A stretch of 64,000 bases of DNA from Alphaproteobacteria bacterium (lineage in GTDB: Bacteria > Pseudomonadota > Alphaproteobacteria > JANSWW01), in the NCBI GenBank assembly GCA_024743275.1, contig JANSWW010000007.1:151162-215161 (forward strand), read 5' to 3'. Position numbers and translations under genes: made by a program. Under the pieces are notes generated by a model. It searched no databases and was not told the origin of the DNA. It was given only the letters and a program-made list of their open reading frames with translations. Below are positions 30,254-40,744 of this stretch, piece after piece. Each line of letters begins with the position of its first letter. Within the stretch, counting starts at the first letter, position 1.

Positions 30254-30970
30254 ATGCTTAAGAAGATTTTGCCGCTTGCCGTCTTGGTCGCGGGTCTGGT
30301 CCTGTTTTTCGCGACCGGCGCCCACACCTATGTGAGTTTCCAGGCGATCCAGGAAAACCGCGACTTCCTGCTGCAAACCGTGGAGGCCTACGGCGTCCTG
30401 GCGGCACTCGGCTATATCCTGATCTATGCCGTGGCGACGGCGTTCTCGCTACCGGTCGGCGCGCTGCTCACCGTCGTCGGCGGGTTCATGTTCGGCCTGT
30501 GGGCGGGCACCCTCATCGTGGCGCTGGGCGCCACGCTGGGCGCGGTGGCACTGTTCGTCGCGGCCAAGACCGCTTTCGGTGACATGCTGCGCGCAAAGGC
30601 CGGTCCCTGGCTCAAGAAGATGGAGGCAGGCTTCAAGGAGGACGCGGTCAGCTATCTGCTCGTGCTGCGCCTTGTGCCGCTGTTCCCCTTCTTCGTCGTC
30701 AACCTGGTCCCGGCCTTTTTCGGGGTGTCCCTGAGGCTGTTCACGGCCACGACCTTCTTCGGCATTCTGCCGGGCACCTTCGTCTATGTCTCGGTCGGCA
30801 ACGGCCTCGGAGCGATTTTCGACCGGGGCGAAACCCCGGACCTCGGCATCATCTTCAATGCCGAGGTGTTGACCCCGATCGTCGGGCTCGCCCTGCTGTC
30901 GCTCGTGCCGGTGATCTACAAGCGGCTGAGGAAACGGGGCGGCGTGGCCAACAACAACGCCGCCTCCTGA
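30254..30970 (+). CDS. TVP38/TMEM64 (DedA-related) family membrane protein
   Basis: LVLRLVPLFPFFVVNLVPAF motif; five TM segments; AGGAGG upstream of the ATG. Confidence 0.75.
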   Translation: MLKKILPLAVLVAGLVLFFATGAHTYVSFQAIQENRDFLLQTVEAYGVLAALGYILIYAVATAFSLPVGALLTVVGGFMFGLWAGTLIVALGATLGAVALFVAAKTAFGDMLRAKAGPWLKKMEAGFKEDAVSYLLVLRLVPLFPFFVVNLVPAFFGVSLRLFTATTFFGILPGTFVYVSVGNGLGAIFDRGETPDLGIIFNAEVLTPIVGLALLSLVPVIYKRLRKRGGVANNNAAS

Positions 30971-31007
30971 TAGTTTTCTCCATCTCAAGGCATAGAAAGG
31001 GATTGCG

Positions 31008-32432
31008 ATGACGGATCGCATCGAAGCGGATCTTTGTGTGATCGGCGCCGGCTCCGGCGGGCTCTCGGTCGCGGCCGGTGCCCAGCAAATGGGGGCCAAG
31101 GTCGTCCTGTTCGAGGCCGGCGAGATGGGCGGGGACTGTCTCAACTATGGCTGTGTCCCGTCGAAATCCCTCCTGGTCGCCGGGCGGACGGCCCATACCA
31201 TGCGCACCGCCGACCGGTTCGGGATCGCCGCCGCCACGCCTGCCGTCGATGCCATCAAGGTCCGCGATCATGTGAAGGGCGTGATCGGCGCCATCGCGCC
31301 CCATGACAGTCAGGAGCGTTTCGAGGGTTTCGGCGTTCACGTCATTCGCAAGTTCGCGAAGTTCGCCGGTCCCGACACGGTGGTCGCCGACGGGGTCGAG
31401 GTGAAGGCCAAGCGTTTCGTCGTCGCCACCGGGTCCAGCGCCTTCGTCCCGCCGATCCCGGGCCTCGCCGACGTTCCCTATCTCATCAACGAGACGGTGT
31501 TCGAACTCACGGAAACGCCGTCCCATCTGGTCGTCATCGGCGGCGGACCCATCGGGGTGGAGTTGGCCCAGGCCCATCGTCGCCTCGGGGCCGAGGTCAC
31601 GATCGTCGAGGCCCTGTCTTTGCTGCCGAAGGACGACCCGGAAGCCGCCGAGATCGTCCGCCGGCATCTCGTCGCCGACGGCATTGCGCTCCGCGAAGGG
31701 GCCAAGGTCGTCGCGGTCCGCGGGCAGGCCGGGGCCATCGAGGTCGATGTCGAAAAGGACGGCTCGACGGAGACGCTTGCGGCCACTCATCTGCTGGTCG
31801 CCGCCGGACGCAAGCCGAATGTCGACGGATTGGATCTGGAAAAGGCGGGCATCGCCTACAGCCCCAAGGGTATCGAGGTGGACGATCGCCTCAGAACCCG
31901 CAATCCGAAGGTCTATGCCATCGGCGACAGCATCGGCGGCTATCAGTTCACCCATGTCGCCGGCTATCACGCCTCGGTCATCATCAAGAACGTTCTGTTC
32001 CGGCTGCCGTCCAAGGTGGACTATTCGGCGCTGCCCTGGGTCACCTTTACCGATCCGGAGCTGGCCCAGGTCGGCCATACCGAGGCGTCGGCGCGGCAGG
32101 CCGGGCTGGATTTCGAGATCCTGCGGTGGAGCTTCGCCGAGAACGACCGTGCCCAGGCGGAGCGGGAGACCGACGGCTTCGTCAAGGTGATCATCACGCG
32201 CAAGGGCCGGGTCTTGGGCGCAACCATCGTTGGGCCCCATGCCGGCGAGTTGATCCAGACCTGGGCGCTGGCCATCAGCCAGAAGATCAAGGTCGGGGCC
32301 ATCGCCTCGATGATCGCGCCCTATCCGACCCTGGGCGAGGTCAACAAGCGGGCCGCGGGAAGCTGGTACACCCCGAAACTGTTCAACGAGCGGACCCGCA
32401 AGATCGTTCGATTCTTGCTGAAGTTCAGTTAA
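31008..32432 (+). CDS. FAD-dependent pyridine nucleotide-disulfide oxidoreductase (mercuric reductase/dihydrolipoamide dehydrogenase-like, no NmerA domain)
   Basis: GAGSGG FAD motif, redox-active LNYGCVPSK pair, second Rossmann motif VVIGGGPIGVELAQ, C-terminal dimerisation domain. Confidence 0.8.
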   Translation: MTDRIEADLCVIGAGSGGLSVAAGAQQMGAKVVLFEAGEMGGDCLNYGCVPSKSLLVAGRTAHTMRTADRFGIAAATPAVDAIKVRDHVKGVIGAIAPHDSQERFEGFGVHVIRKFAKFAGPDTVVADGVEVKAKRFVVATGSSAFVPPIPGLADVPYLINETVFELTETPSHLVVIGGGPIGVELAQAHRRLGAEVTIVEALSLLPKDDPEAAEIVRRHLVADGIALREGAKVVAVRGQAGAIEVDVEKDGSTETLAATHLLVAAGRKPNVDGLDLEKAGIAYSPKGIEVDDRLRTRNPKVYAIGDSIGGYQFTHVAGYHASVIIKNVLFRLPSKVDYSALPWVTFTDPELAQVGHTEASARQAGLDFEILRWSFAENDRAQAERETDGFVKVIITRKGRVLGATIVGPHAGELIQTWALAISQKIKVGAIASMIAPYPTLGEVNKRAAGSWYTPKLFNERTRKIVRFLLKFS

Positions 32433-32483
32433 GGTAAAGGGCATATACGCCCTTCCTCAACGGCTTCGAGGTCACGAACCGGG

Positions 32484-33845
32484 ATGACCCTTCTCGGCCG
32501 CAGCCTGTCTGCAAAGCTCCTGATGCTGACCATCATCTTCGTGATGATCGGCGAGGTGCTGATCTATACGCCCTCCATCGCCCGCTACCGGATCGACTAT
32601 CTGAAGGACCGGTTGGACGCGGCCCATCTCGCGAGCCTCACCGTCGAGGCGGCGCCGGACGGGCGGGTGATGGACGAGCTTACCCGCCGCCTTCTCGGCC
32701 ATGCGGGCGTTTTGGCCGTCGACCTCTACCGCAACGATCAGGTGACCCACATGCTGGGCGAGGAATCGGGATTGCCGGTCGCCCTGGAGGTGGACCTCCG
32801 TTCTCTGCCCGCGCCGATCGCCATTTTCCAGGCCTACGGCCTTTTGTTTGACGCCTCGCCGGGTTTCCTCGCCGTCACCGGTGTTTCGCCGAAAAACGCG
32901 AATGTGCTGGTGAAGATCGTGATCGATCAGACCGATCTGCGCACCGGGATGATCCAGTACTCCTACCGGATTCTGTTGCTCTCCATCATCATCTCGCTGA
33001 TCACGGCGGCCCTGCTCTATTTCGCCCTGCGTTGGCTGATGGTCAGGCCGATCCGCCGGCTGACCAAAACCATGGTGAATTTCCGACGTCAGCCGGAGGA
33101 TCTGGTCGACATGCCGCAGATCGACCGCACCGACGAGATCGGCACGGCGATGCGGGAGTTTCGCTCCATGCAGCATGGCATCCGGGCCGCCTTACGCCAG
33201 AAGACCCGGCTCGCCACCCTCGGCACGGCGGTGAGCAAGATCAGCCACGATCTGCGCAATATGCTGGCCACGGCCACGCTCGTCTCGGACCGTCTGGCGC
33301 AAAGCGAGGATCCCCAGGTCAAGAAGGTGGCGCCGGTGCTCGTCCGGTCCATCGACCGCGCGGCCTCGCTTTGTGAGGAGACCCTGAACTTCACCATGGA
33401 AACGCCGCCGCTGACCAAGACCCGGTTCATGCTGAACGATCTGGTCGACGAGTTCGTGCAGGAGAGCCAGACCTCCGGCGGCCCCCTGACCGTGGTGAGC
33501 AAGGTGCCGCCCGGGACCATGATCGCCGCCGACCGCGATCAGTTTTCCCGCATCCTCTACAACATCCGGCGCAATGCGGCGAACGCCGGGGCGACCGAAC
33601 TGGTCGTCGGCGCGGAGGCGTCGGACGACCGGCTGGTCATCCATCTGATGGACAACGGGCCCGGCATTCCCGACCATGTCCGGGAATACCTCTTCCAGCC
33701 CTTCGCGCCGACGGCCACCGGGGGCAGCGGTCTCGGCCTCGCCATCTGCCGCGACCTGGTGATCGCCCATGGCGGGACCATCGAGCTCGCCGAGACGGGC
33801 GCGTCGGGCACCCATCTGCAGATCGTCCTTCCGTCGAAGATATAG
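32484..33845 (+). CDS. Sensor histidine kinase
   Basis: Two TM segments flanking a periplasmic domain, HAMP-like linker, H-box VSKISHDLRNML, G-box GGSGLGLAICRD. Confidence 0.75.
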   Translation: MTLLGRSLSAKLLMLTIIFVMIGEVLIYTPSIARYRIDYLKDRLDAAHLASLTVEAAPDGRVMDELTRRLLGHAGVLAVDLYRNDQVTHMLGEESGLPVALEVDLRSLPAPIAIFQAYGLLFDASPGFLAVTGVSPKNANVLVKIVIDQTDLRTGMIQYSYRILLLSIIISLITAALLYFALRWLMVRPIRRLTKTMVNFRRQPEDLVDMPQIDRTDEIGTAMREFRSMQHGIRAALRQKTRLATLGTAVSKISHDLRNMLATATLVSDRLAQSEDPQVKKVAPVLVRSIDRAASLCEETLNFTMETPPLTKTRFMLNDLVDEFVQESQTSGGPLTVVSKVPPGTMIAADRDQFSRILYNIRRNAANAGATELVVGAEASDDRLVIHLMDNGPGIPDHVREYLFQPFAPTATGGSGLGLAICRDLVIAHGGTIELAETGASGTHLQIVLPSKI

Positions 33846-33950
33846 GCCGGGAATGGAGGCCCTTCGCGAACCGCTCTACCTTATTGTTTTAGAGGCAAAT
33901 TCACCGACCATTCTGGAACATGAAGCGATTCAGAATGGTCGGATTTGGCT

Positions 33951-34823
33951 CTAACCGGCGTCGAAGAGCGCCTTCAGTCCTTCGCGATAGGTCGGATAGG
34001 CGAGCGTCACCCCGAGTTCCCGCTTGATCCTGGCGTTGTTCACCCGCTTGGATTCCGAAAAGAAGCTGCGGCCCATCGGCGTCATGCCGGCCTGTTCGAA
34101 GGGGGTCGGGGCGGGCGGTTCGACCCCCAGCAACGCGCAGGCATAGCGGATCGGGTCCCCGGTCGGGCAGGCGAGGTCGTCGGTGACATTGTAGATCGCC
34201 GACGGGTTGGGCTTGGCCATCGACGCGAAGAGCGTGCGGACGATGTCGTCCCGGTGAATGCGCCCGAAAACCTGGTTCGGTTTGTCGACGATCCTGGCTT
34301 GCCCCGCTCTCACCCGGTCGATCGGGCTGCGGCCGGGGCCGTAGATGCCCGACAGCCGGAACCGGTGGACCGGCGCGCCCGTGGTGCGGTGCAGATCGTG
34401 CCAGGCGCGTTCCAGAGCCAGCCGCACCCGGCCCTTCTGCGCGCCCGGCCGGCACTCGCTTTCCTCGTCGACCCAGAGTCCCCGCCGGTCGCCGTAGACC
34501 CCGGTCGTCCCGAGCCAGCCCACCCATCGGAGCTGGACGGCGATCCGGCCGAGATCGTCGCCGTGATGGTCGAGCACCGCGTCCCCGTCCGCATCCGGCG
34601 GGACGGAGGAGAGGATATGGGTCACGTCCTTGAGGGCGACGCCCGGATCGACCAGGGGATGGTCGCGATCGAAAAGATGCGGGTGGATACCGAGCGCCTT
34701 CAGTTGCGCGAGCTTTGCTTCCGACCGGGCGGTGCCGCTGACGGTCCAGCCCCGGGCGATGGCCTCCACCGCCAGCGCCTCGGCCACATATCCGACCCCG
34801 AAAATGAAAAGATGGTTCGCCAT
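33951..34823 (-). CDS. NAD(P)-binding epimerase/dehydratase-family (SDR) protein
   Basis: N-terminal IFGVGYVA Rossmann motif. Confidence 0.65.
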   Translation of the reverse strand: MANHLFIFGVGYVAEALAVEAIARGWTVSGTARSEAKLAQLKALGIHPHLFDRDHPLVDPGVALKDVTHILSSVPPDADGDAVLDHHGDDLGRIAVQLRWVGWLGTTGVYGDRRGLWVDEESECRPGAQKGRVRLALERAWHDLHRTTGAPVHRFRLSGIYGPGRSPIDRVRAGQARIVDKPNQVFGRIHRDDIVRTLFASMAKPNPSAIYNVTDDLACPTGDPIRYACALLGVEPPAPTPFEQAGMTPMGRSFFSESKRVNNARIKRELGVTLAYPTYREGLKALFDAG

Positions 34824-34888
34824 TGTCCTGCCGCTTCCGACCTGAAAGATTGCGATGAAGCTATCGTCTCGCCGCCGAACTGCAAGTC

Positions 34889-35662
34889 ATGCCGCCCATC
34901 TTCCTGACGCCCCTCTTCGTATTGGCCGTTTTTCTTCTCTCCCCGGGTCCCGGCGCGGCCCAGCAGCCGCGCGCCGTCGACCATGAGGCGGAATACGCCG
35001 CCTGCCTCGCCCTGGTGGACGACGACCCCTATCAGGCCTTCGAGGGCGCCCTGGACTGGCGGATGCGCGGCGGTGCGGTGCCGGCGGAGCATTGCGCCGC
35101 CCTGGCGGTGCTCGCCATGGGCTATCCCCGGGACGCCGCCGGGCGGCTGGAGGAGATCGCCGAAAGAGAAGGGCTGGACGACGCGTTGCGGGCCGAGGCG
35201 GCGGCGCAGGCGGCCGATGCCTGGGAGCGGGGCGACGATATCGAGCGCTCGCTGGCGGCGCTCGACCGGGCGGTCGCGCTGGCGCCCGGCACCGCCCGTT
35301 TTCATGTGGACCGCGGGGTTCTCTATCTGGAGCTCGGCCGGACCTGGGACGCCATCGACGATTTCGATCTGGCGCTCGATCTGCACCCGAACCGGCCGGA
35401 GGCGCTGCAGTTCCGGGCGACGGCCTATCGTCTGGTCGAGGCCTATGATCTCGCCGAAACGGATCTGGTCCGGCTGCTCAATCTCGATCCCGGCAGTCCG
35501 GAGGCCTTCCTTGAACTGGGCGAGGTGCGATTGGCGCAGGGCGATCGGCGGGCGGCCCAGGAGGCCTTCCTGCTGACGCTGGAGAACACCGATGCCGATA
35601 CCGCTTTGGCCGCCGCCGCACGGGCGAAGATCGAGGAGATGGCGCTTGGCACCCGCAACTGA
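34889..35662 (+). CDS. Secreted TPR-repeat protein
   Basis: Signal peptide followed by several 34-aa TPR-like units. Confidence 0.6.
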   Translation: MPPIFLTPLFVLAVFLLSPGPGAAQQPRAVDHEAEYAACLALVDDDPYQAFEGALDWRMRGGAVPAEHCAALAVLAMGYPRDAAGRLEEIAEREGLDDALRAEAAAQAADAWERGDDIERSLAALDRAVALAPGTARFHVDRGVLYLELGRTWDAIDDFDLALDLHPNRPEALQFRATAYRLVEAYDLAETDLVRLLNLDPGSPEAFLELGEVRLAQGDRRAAQEAFLLTLENTDADTALAAAARAKIEEMALGTRN

Positions 35663-35670
35663 GGTCTGGG

Positions 35671-36339
35671 TCAGAAATCCAGATCGGCGTAATGCTTCGG
35701 CGGCGGGGCGCCCGGGACGTGGTCGGCGAGGATGCTCCGCATGCTGGGCCGGGATTTGAGCCGGGCATAATACTCCTTGGCCTCGGGATGGTCGGCCCAG
35801 GGCACATCGCCGAGATAGTCGACCGCCGACAGATGGGCCGCGGCGGCCACGTCGGCGCGGGAGAGATGATCGCCGCCGAGCCAGGTGCGGCGTTCGGACA
35901 GCCATTCGATATAGGTCAGATGGCCGTGGATGTTCGAGAGGCCGGCGCGGATCGCGTCGGAGGACGGGTTCTGGCCGACGAGAAAACGCTTCATCAGTTT
36001 CTCGCCGACCAGACAGTCGGTGACCTCATAGGCGAACTTCACCAGGAACCAGTCGGTCAGGCGGCGGATCTCGGCCCGTGCCAGGGCGTCGCCGTGGATC
36101 AACGGGCGCTCCGGATAGGCGTCGTCGAGATAATCCAAGATCGTGGCCGCCCCACAGATCGGCGTGCCGTCCTCCTCCACCAGGACCGGGATCTCGCCCG
36201 CCGGATTGAGCGCGAGGAACTCCTGCCGCCGTTCCCAGACCGGTTCGGCCTTGAGCTCCACGTCCAATGATTTCTCGGCAAGGGCGATCCGGACCGCGCG
36301 GCTGCCCGGGTCGATCGCCAGATGGAAAAGCTGTCGCAT
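35671..36339 (-). CDS. Glutathione S-transferase
   Basis: N-terminal thioredoxin-like GST fold (IPVLVEEDGTPICGAATILDYL) plus helical C-domain; start set at MRQLFHL. Confidence 0.8.
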   Translation of the reverse strand: MRQLFHLAIDPGSRAVRIALAEKSLDVELKAEPVWERRQEFLALNPAGEIPVLVEEDGTPICGAATILDYLDDAYPERPLIHGDALARAEIRRLTDWFLVKFAYEVTDCLVGEKLMKRFLVGQNPSSDAIRAGLSNIHGHLTYIEWLSERRTWLGGDHLSRADVAAAAHLSAVDYLGDVPWADHPEAKEYYARLKSRPSMRSILADHVPGAPPPKHYADLDF

Positions 36340-36416
36340 GGCCGCGAGGTAATCATAGCTTTCCGGCGCGATAAAGAGCGATTGCGCCGGTGTATCCGAT
36401 CGGGCACAAGGGCGCC

Positions 36417-37043
36417 ATGAGCAAGAACAGTCAAGACGCGAAAAAGCCCGTCCCGGACGCATCGGGGGACAGCATTTCCGAATCCAAGAAGCCGGAGGGC
36501 TCCGGCCTCGTGGACCTCCTGCCCCTGATCGTCTTCTTCGGAGTCTACGCGCTGGACGGGATCATGACGGCGACGGCGGCGGCGATGGCCGCGACCGTCG
36601 GCGTGGTCGCCTATGTCTACGCGAAGCATCGGGCCGTCCCGCAGATGGCCCTGATCAGCGGCGGTCTTCTGATGGTGTTCGGCGGGCTCACCCTGTGGCT
36701 CGACGACGAGATGTTCATCAAGATGAAGCCGACCATCGTGCTCGCCCTGTTCGCGCTGGCCGCGCTCGGCGGCCGGGCGGTGCATTGGAGCTTGTCGAAG
36801 ACCTTGTTGGGCGGCCAGATGCCGACGGTGGCCGATACGGTCTGGCGCAAGATCGACGGGCGGTTCGCCCTGTTCTACCTGGCGCTGGCCGCCTCCAACG
36901 AGCTTGCCTGGCGGTTCCTGAGCACAGACGCCTGGGTTACCTTCAAGGTCTTCGGGATCACCGCCGCCTCGGTGGTCTTCGTCTTCTCGCAGTTCCCGAC
37001 TCTCAAGCGGGCCGAAGAGGCGGCGGACACATTGTCAGAATGA
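36417..37043 (+). CDS. yciB: Intracellular septation protein A (YciB/IspZ)
   Basis: LLPLIVFFGVY... pattern characteristic of YciB; five TM helices. Confidence 0.8.
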   Translation: MSKNSQDAKKPVPDASGDSISESKKPEGSGLVDLLPLIVFFGVYALDGIMTATAAAMAATVGVVAYVYAKHRAVPQMALISGGLLMVFGGLTLWLDDEMFIKMKPTIVLALFALAALGGRAVHWSLSKTLLGGQMPTVADTVWRKIDGRFALFYLALAASNELAWRFLSTDAWVTFKVFGITAASVVFVFSQFPTLKRAEEAADTLSE

Positions 37044-37051
37044 TCAATACA

Positions 37052-37080
37052 TTGACCATTGCGCAGAAGTCTTTATATTG
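37052..37080 (+). promoter_or_regulatory. Sigma70-like promoter TTGACC-N17-TATATT driving the NYN gene
   Basis: Read from the sequence immediately after the yciB stop; canonical 17-nt spacing. Confidence 0.4.
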
Positions 37081-37090
37081 ACTTCATCCG

Positions 37091-37146
37091 CCCCACGGCA
37101 GTACGTCAGTTTCCTAGCGATCTTGAAACTGGCAGACCCCGTGGGG
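37091..37146 (+). promoter_or_regulatory. 56-nt imperfect inverted repeat (ccccacgg...cagtttc / gaaactg...ccgtgggg) in the 5' leader, ending 7 nt before the NYN start codon
   Basis: Outer 8-bp and inner 7-bp arm pairs are perfect reverse complements. Confidence 0.45.
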
Positions 37147-37152
37147 CTTTTC

Positions 37153-37848
37153 ATGTCAAAAGTTGCAATTCTCATTGATGGTGGCTTTTTTCTGAAACGC
37201 TTGGCTTCACTCAAGCCGGATGCAGATCTCAAATCAGCAGAAACAGTAGCAAAATTAGTTGACACTCTCGTTCGAAGTCATTTGGATCAGCACAATAAAA
37301 TTGTTCACAACAAAAACCAGTACTCTCTTCTATATCGCACCTTTTTCTATGATGCTCGCCCGTACCTAAAGCGTGGTCATCTTCCAATTAGTAGAAAGTC
37401 TATCGATTATAGTAAGACGCCTGAAGCTATATTCCGAAACGATCTGATAAATGTGCTGCGCCGACGCTCCAGTCTGGCCGTAAGGCTTGGTGAGGTGCGA
37501 TTGGAAAGGTCGTGGATTTTGAAGGAGGGCGCGCAAAAAGCCCTAATTAATCGAGAGATATCTGTCGATGAACTGACAGATGATGATTTCGCCCCAGGCC
37601 TTCGACAAAAGGCGGTCGACATGCGCATCGGTCTCGATATCGCTTCCCTTACCCTCAAACGGCAAGTCGATACAATTATCCTGGTAACCGGAGATTCTGA
37701 TTTTGTCCCCGCAGCCAAACTCGCCCGTCGGGAGGGGGTGAGGGTCATCCTTGATCCCCTTTGGCGCGACGTCAGCGAGGACCTGTTTGAGCACATAGAC
37801 GGCGTGAAGAGCGGCTTTGCTCGACCCAAAGCTAGAAAAAAGCCTTAA
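37153..37848 (+). CDS. NYN-domain (LabA/DUF88-like, PIN-fold) ribonuclease-type protein on a low-GC (~48%) islet
   Basis: VAILIDGGFF N-terminal motif and ILVTGDSDFVPAAK acidic motif, typical of NYN domains; sharp drop in GC relative to the flanking yciB and fabI. Confidence 0.7.
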   Translation: MSKVAILIDGGFFLKRLASLKPDADLKSAETVAKLVDTLVRSHLDQHNKIVHNKNQYSLLYRTFFYDARPYLKRGHLPISRKSIDYSKTPEAIFRNDLINVLRRRSSLAVRLGEVRLERSWILKEGAQKALINREISVDELTDDDFAPGLRQKAVDMRIGLDIASLTLKRQVDTIILVTGDSDFVPAAKLARREGVRVILDPLWRDVSEDLFEHIDGVKSGFARPKARKKP

Positions 37849-37851
37849 GTC

Positions 37852-38673
37852 CTACTCCGGCGCCTGCTCCCGGTTGGGATGCGGGATGGCGGTGACGTTG
37901 AAGCCCGCATCCACATACATCACCTCGCCGGTCACCCCGGCCGAGAGATCGCTGGCGAGATAGAGCGCGGTGTTGCCGACCTCGTCGAGGCTCACATTGC
38001 GGCGCAGGGGCGCGTTGTTCGCCGTGTAGCGATAGGTATGGCGCGCATCGGCGATGGCGGAGCCGGCCAGCGTTTTCATCGGGCCGGCGGAAATCGCGTT
38101 GACCCGGATGCTGTCGCCGCCGAGATCGACCGCGAGATAGCGCACGCTCGCCTCCAGCGCGGCCTTGGCGACACCCATGACATTGTAGTTCGGCGTCACC
38201 CTGTTGGCCCCGAGATAGGTCAGCGTCACCAGGCTGCCGCCCTGGGTCATCAGCGGCCGGCAGTGGCGCGCCAGCTCGGTGAAGGAATAGCAGGAGATCG
38301 ACAGCGAATGCTGGAAGTTGTCGCGACTGGTGTCGAGATAGCGGCCCTTCAGCTCGTTCTTGTCCGAATAGGCGACCGCGTGCAGCACGAAGTCGACCCG
38401 GTCCCAGCGGTTGCCGAGCTGTTCGACCATGCCGGCGATGCCGTCTTCCTCCGACACGTCGCAGGGAAAGGTGAGGTCGCTGCCTACGCTCTCCGCCAAC
38501 GGTACGACCCGTTTCGCGAAGGCGTCGTTCTGGTAGGTGAAGGCGAGCTCCGCCCCGTGGCCGGCGAGCTGCTTCGCGACACCCCAGGCGATCGACTTGT
38601 CATTGGCCACGCCCAGGATCAGCCCACGCTTACCGGCCATCAGCGGTCCGGGAGTGGGGCGCTTGTCGTCCAT
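37852..38673 (-). CDS. fabI: Enoyl-[acyl-carrier-protein] reductase (NADH) FabI
   Basis: GKRGLILGVANDKSIAWG and catalytic Y/K (YNVMGVAKAALE) motifs; start could be 38673 or 38640. Confidence 0.85.
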   Translation of the reverse strand: MDDKRPTPGPLMAGKRGLILGVANDKSIAWGVAKQLAGHGAELAFTYQNDAFAKRVVPLAESVGSDLTFPCDVSEEDGIAGMVEQLGNRWDRVDFVLHAVAYSDKNELKGRYLDTSRDNFQHSLSISCYSFTELARHCRPLMTQGGSLVTLTYLGANRVTPNYNVMGVAKAALEASVRYLAVDLGGDSIRVNAISAGPMKTLAGSAIADARHTYRYTANNAPLRRNVSLDEVGNTALYLASDLSAGVTGEVMYVDAGFNVTAIPHPNREQAPE

Positions 38674-38677
38674 CGCC

Positions 38678-39895
38678 TCAACCATTGTAGCGTTGCATGG
38701 CGAGCACGGCGTTGGTACCGCCAAATCCAAAGCTGTTGGACAGCGCCAGGTCGATCCGACGATCCTCGCGGGCCTTCAGAAGCGGCGCGTCCCCGATTTC
38801 CGGATCCACCGTTTCGATATTGATCGATTCGGCGAGGAAGCCGTTGTTCATCATCAACAGCGTATAGATCGCCTCGTGAACGCCGGCCGCCCCCAAGGCA
38901 TGGCCAGACAGGGACTTGGTCGAGCCGATCTTCGGCAACGCCTCCCCGAACACGTCGCGCAGGGCGGCGATCTCGCGGGTGTCGCCGACCGGCGTGGAGG
39001 TGCCATGGGCGTTCACATACTGAACGTCTTTCGGGTCGAGGCCCTGGAGCGCCAGCTTCATGCAGCGTACCGCCCCTTCGCCGGAGGGCTGGACCATGTC
39101 GTAACCGTCGGAGGTGGCGCCATAGCCGACGATTTCGCCGTAGATCTTGGCGCCCCTGGCCTTGGCGTGCTCCAATTCTTCGAGAACCAGGGCGCCGCCG
39201 CCGCCGGAGATCACGAAACCGTCCCGGTCCGCGTCATAGGGGCGGGAGGCCCGTTCCGGCGTGTCGTTGTACTTCGAGGACAGCGCGCCCATGGCGTCGA
39301 ACAGGACGGACATGGTCCAGTGCACCTCCTCGCCGCCGCCGGCGAAGACGATGTCCTGTTTGCCGAGCTGGATCTGCTCCACGCCGTTGCCGATGCAATG
39401 GGCCGAGGTGGAACAGGCGCTGGAGATCGAATAGTTGACGCCCTTGATGCCGAAAAAGGTCGAAAGGCAGGCCGACGTCGTCGAGGACATGGTGCGCGGC
39501 ACCATATAGGGGCCGACTCGTTTCGGACTCTTTTCCCGGGCGGTGTCGAAGGCGAAGAGCATATTCTCGGTCGACGGTCCGCCGGAGCCGAAGATGAGTC
39601 CGGTCCGTTCGTTCTTGATGTCGGATTCCTCGAGGCCCGAATCGGCGAGCGCCTGTTCCAGCGAGAGATAGGCGTAGCTGGCGACCGGTCCCATGAACCG
39701 CAGTTTCTTGCGGTCGATCAGGTCCTCGAGATTGACGTCGACCGCGCCATGCACATGGCTGCGGAAGCCCATTTCCTTGTATTCCTCGGCAAAGGAAATC
39801 CCCGAGCGCCCGTCATAAAGCGCACTGGTCACCTCCTGGGCGTTGTTGCCCAGGGAAGACACGACACCGAGGCCGGTGACAACGACCCTTCTCAT
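38678..39895 (-). CDS. fabB: 3-oxoacyl-ACP synthase I (KAS I, FabB)
   Basis: Thiolase fold with active-site Cys ([12 protein letters not shown]) and His/His motifs; sits directly downstream of fabA. Confidence 0.85.
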   Translation of the reverse strand: MRRVVVTGLGVVSSLGNNAQEVTSALYDGRSGISFAEEYKEMGFRSHVHGAVDVNLEDLIDRKKLRFMGPVASYAYLSLEQALADSGLEESDIKNERTGLIFGSGGPSTENMLFAFDTAREKSPKRVGPYMVPRTMSSTTSACLSTFFGIKGVNYSISSACSTSAHCIGNGVEQIQLGKQDIVFAGGGEEVHWTMSVLFDAMGALSSKYNDTPERASRPYDADRDGFVISGGGGALVLEELEHAKARGAKIYGEIVGYGATSDGYDMVQPSGEGAVRCMKLALQGLDPKDVQYVNAHGTSTPVGDTREIAALRDVFGEALPKIGSTKSLSGHALGAAGVHEAIYTLLMMNNGFLAESINIETVDPEIGDAPLLKAREDRRIDLALSNSFGFGGTNAVLAMQRYNG

Positions 39896-40007
39896 ATGAA
39901 CTCCACTTAATTCAACGCCTGCCCCTCGCCGCGTGCGGTGAGGGGCCTTCTTTCCTTACCGGTCCTAGGAAACCCGATCCTGGGAAACCCGGTCCTGGAA
40001 GCCGGCT

Positions 40008-40532
40008 CTAGGCAGGGGCCTGGTCCGCCGTGAACACGCCGACACGCAAGTCCTTCGCCTCATAGATGGTTTCGCCGTCGACTTTAACAGCCCCGTCGGC
40101 GATGGCGAGGTTGAGTTTGCGTTTGATCACCCGCTTGATGTTGAGGTGATAGGTCACCTTCTTGGCGGTCGGCAGGACCTGTCCGGTGAACTTCACCTCG
40201 CCCACGCCCAGCGCCCGACCGGATCCCGGCAGGCCGAGCCAGCCGAGGAAGAAGCCGACGAGCTGCCAGCAGGCGTCGAGTCCGAGGCAGCCCGGCATCA
40301 CCGGATCTCCCTCGAAATGGCATTTGAAGAACCAGTGGTCCGGCTTGATGTCGAACTCTGCCTCGATCTCGCCCTTGCCGTGGGTGCCGCCTTCCTCGCT
40401 GATTTTCACGATGCGGTCGAACATCAGCATCGGCGGCAGGGGCAGTTTCGCGTTGCCCGGGCCGAAGAGTTTTCCGTGACCGCAGTCGATGAGGTCCTGA
40501 AAGCTGAAAGCGGAACGTGAGTTTACGGTCAT
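40008..40532 (-). CDS. fabA: 3-hydroxydecanoyl-ACP dehydratase/isomerase FabA
   Basis: [16 protein letters not shown] hot-dog active-site motif. Confidence 0.9.
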   Translation of the reverse strand: MTVNSRSAFSFQDLIDCGHGKLFGPGNAKLPLPPMLMFDRIVKISEEGGTHGKGEIEAEFDIKPDHWFFKCHFEGDPVMPGCLGLDACWQLVGFFLGWLGLPGSGRALGVGEVKFTGQVLPTAKKVTYHLNIKRVIKRKLNLAIADGAVKVDGETIYEAKDLRVGVFTADQAPA

Positions 40533-40744
40533 GGCCTCTAAGATCGTTAGTACCGCCGGCTCCGCTGGATGTCCGAACCGGCTTGGAATTTCAAAATGTT
40601 GGCCGACATTAGCCGAAACGTCGACAGGCGCAAATCGTCAAAGGCGGGTTTTTTCCATTTTCTATCCCTTCGGACAGCCTAAAGTGCCGGCTCCTCCGGG
40701 CAGGCCGTCCCGCCAGGCCGGCAATTCGATCAGATGGGGCGAAA

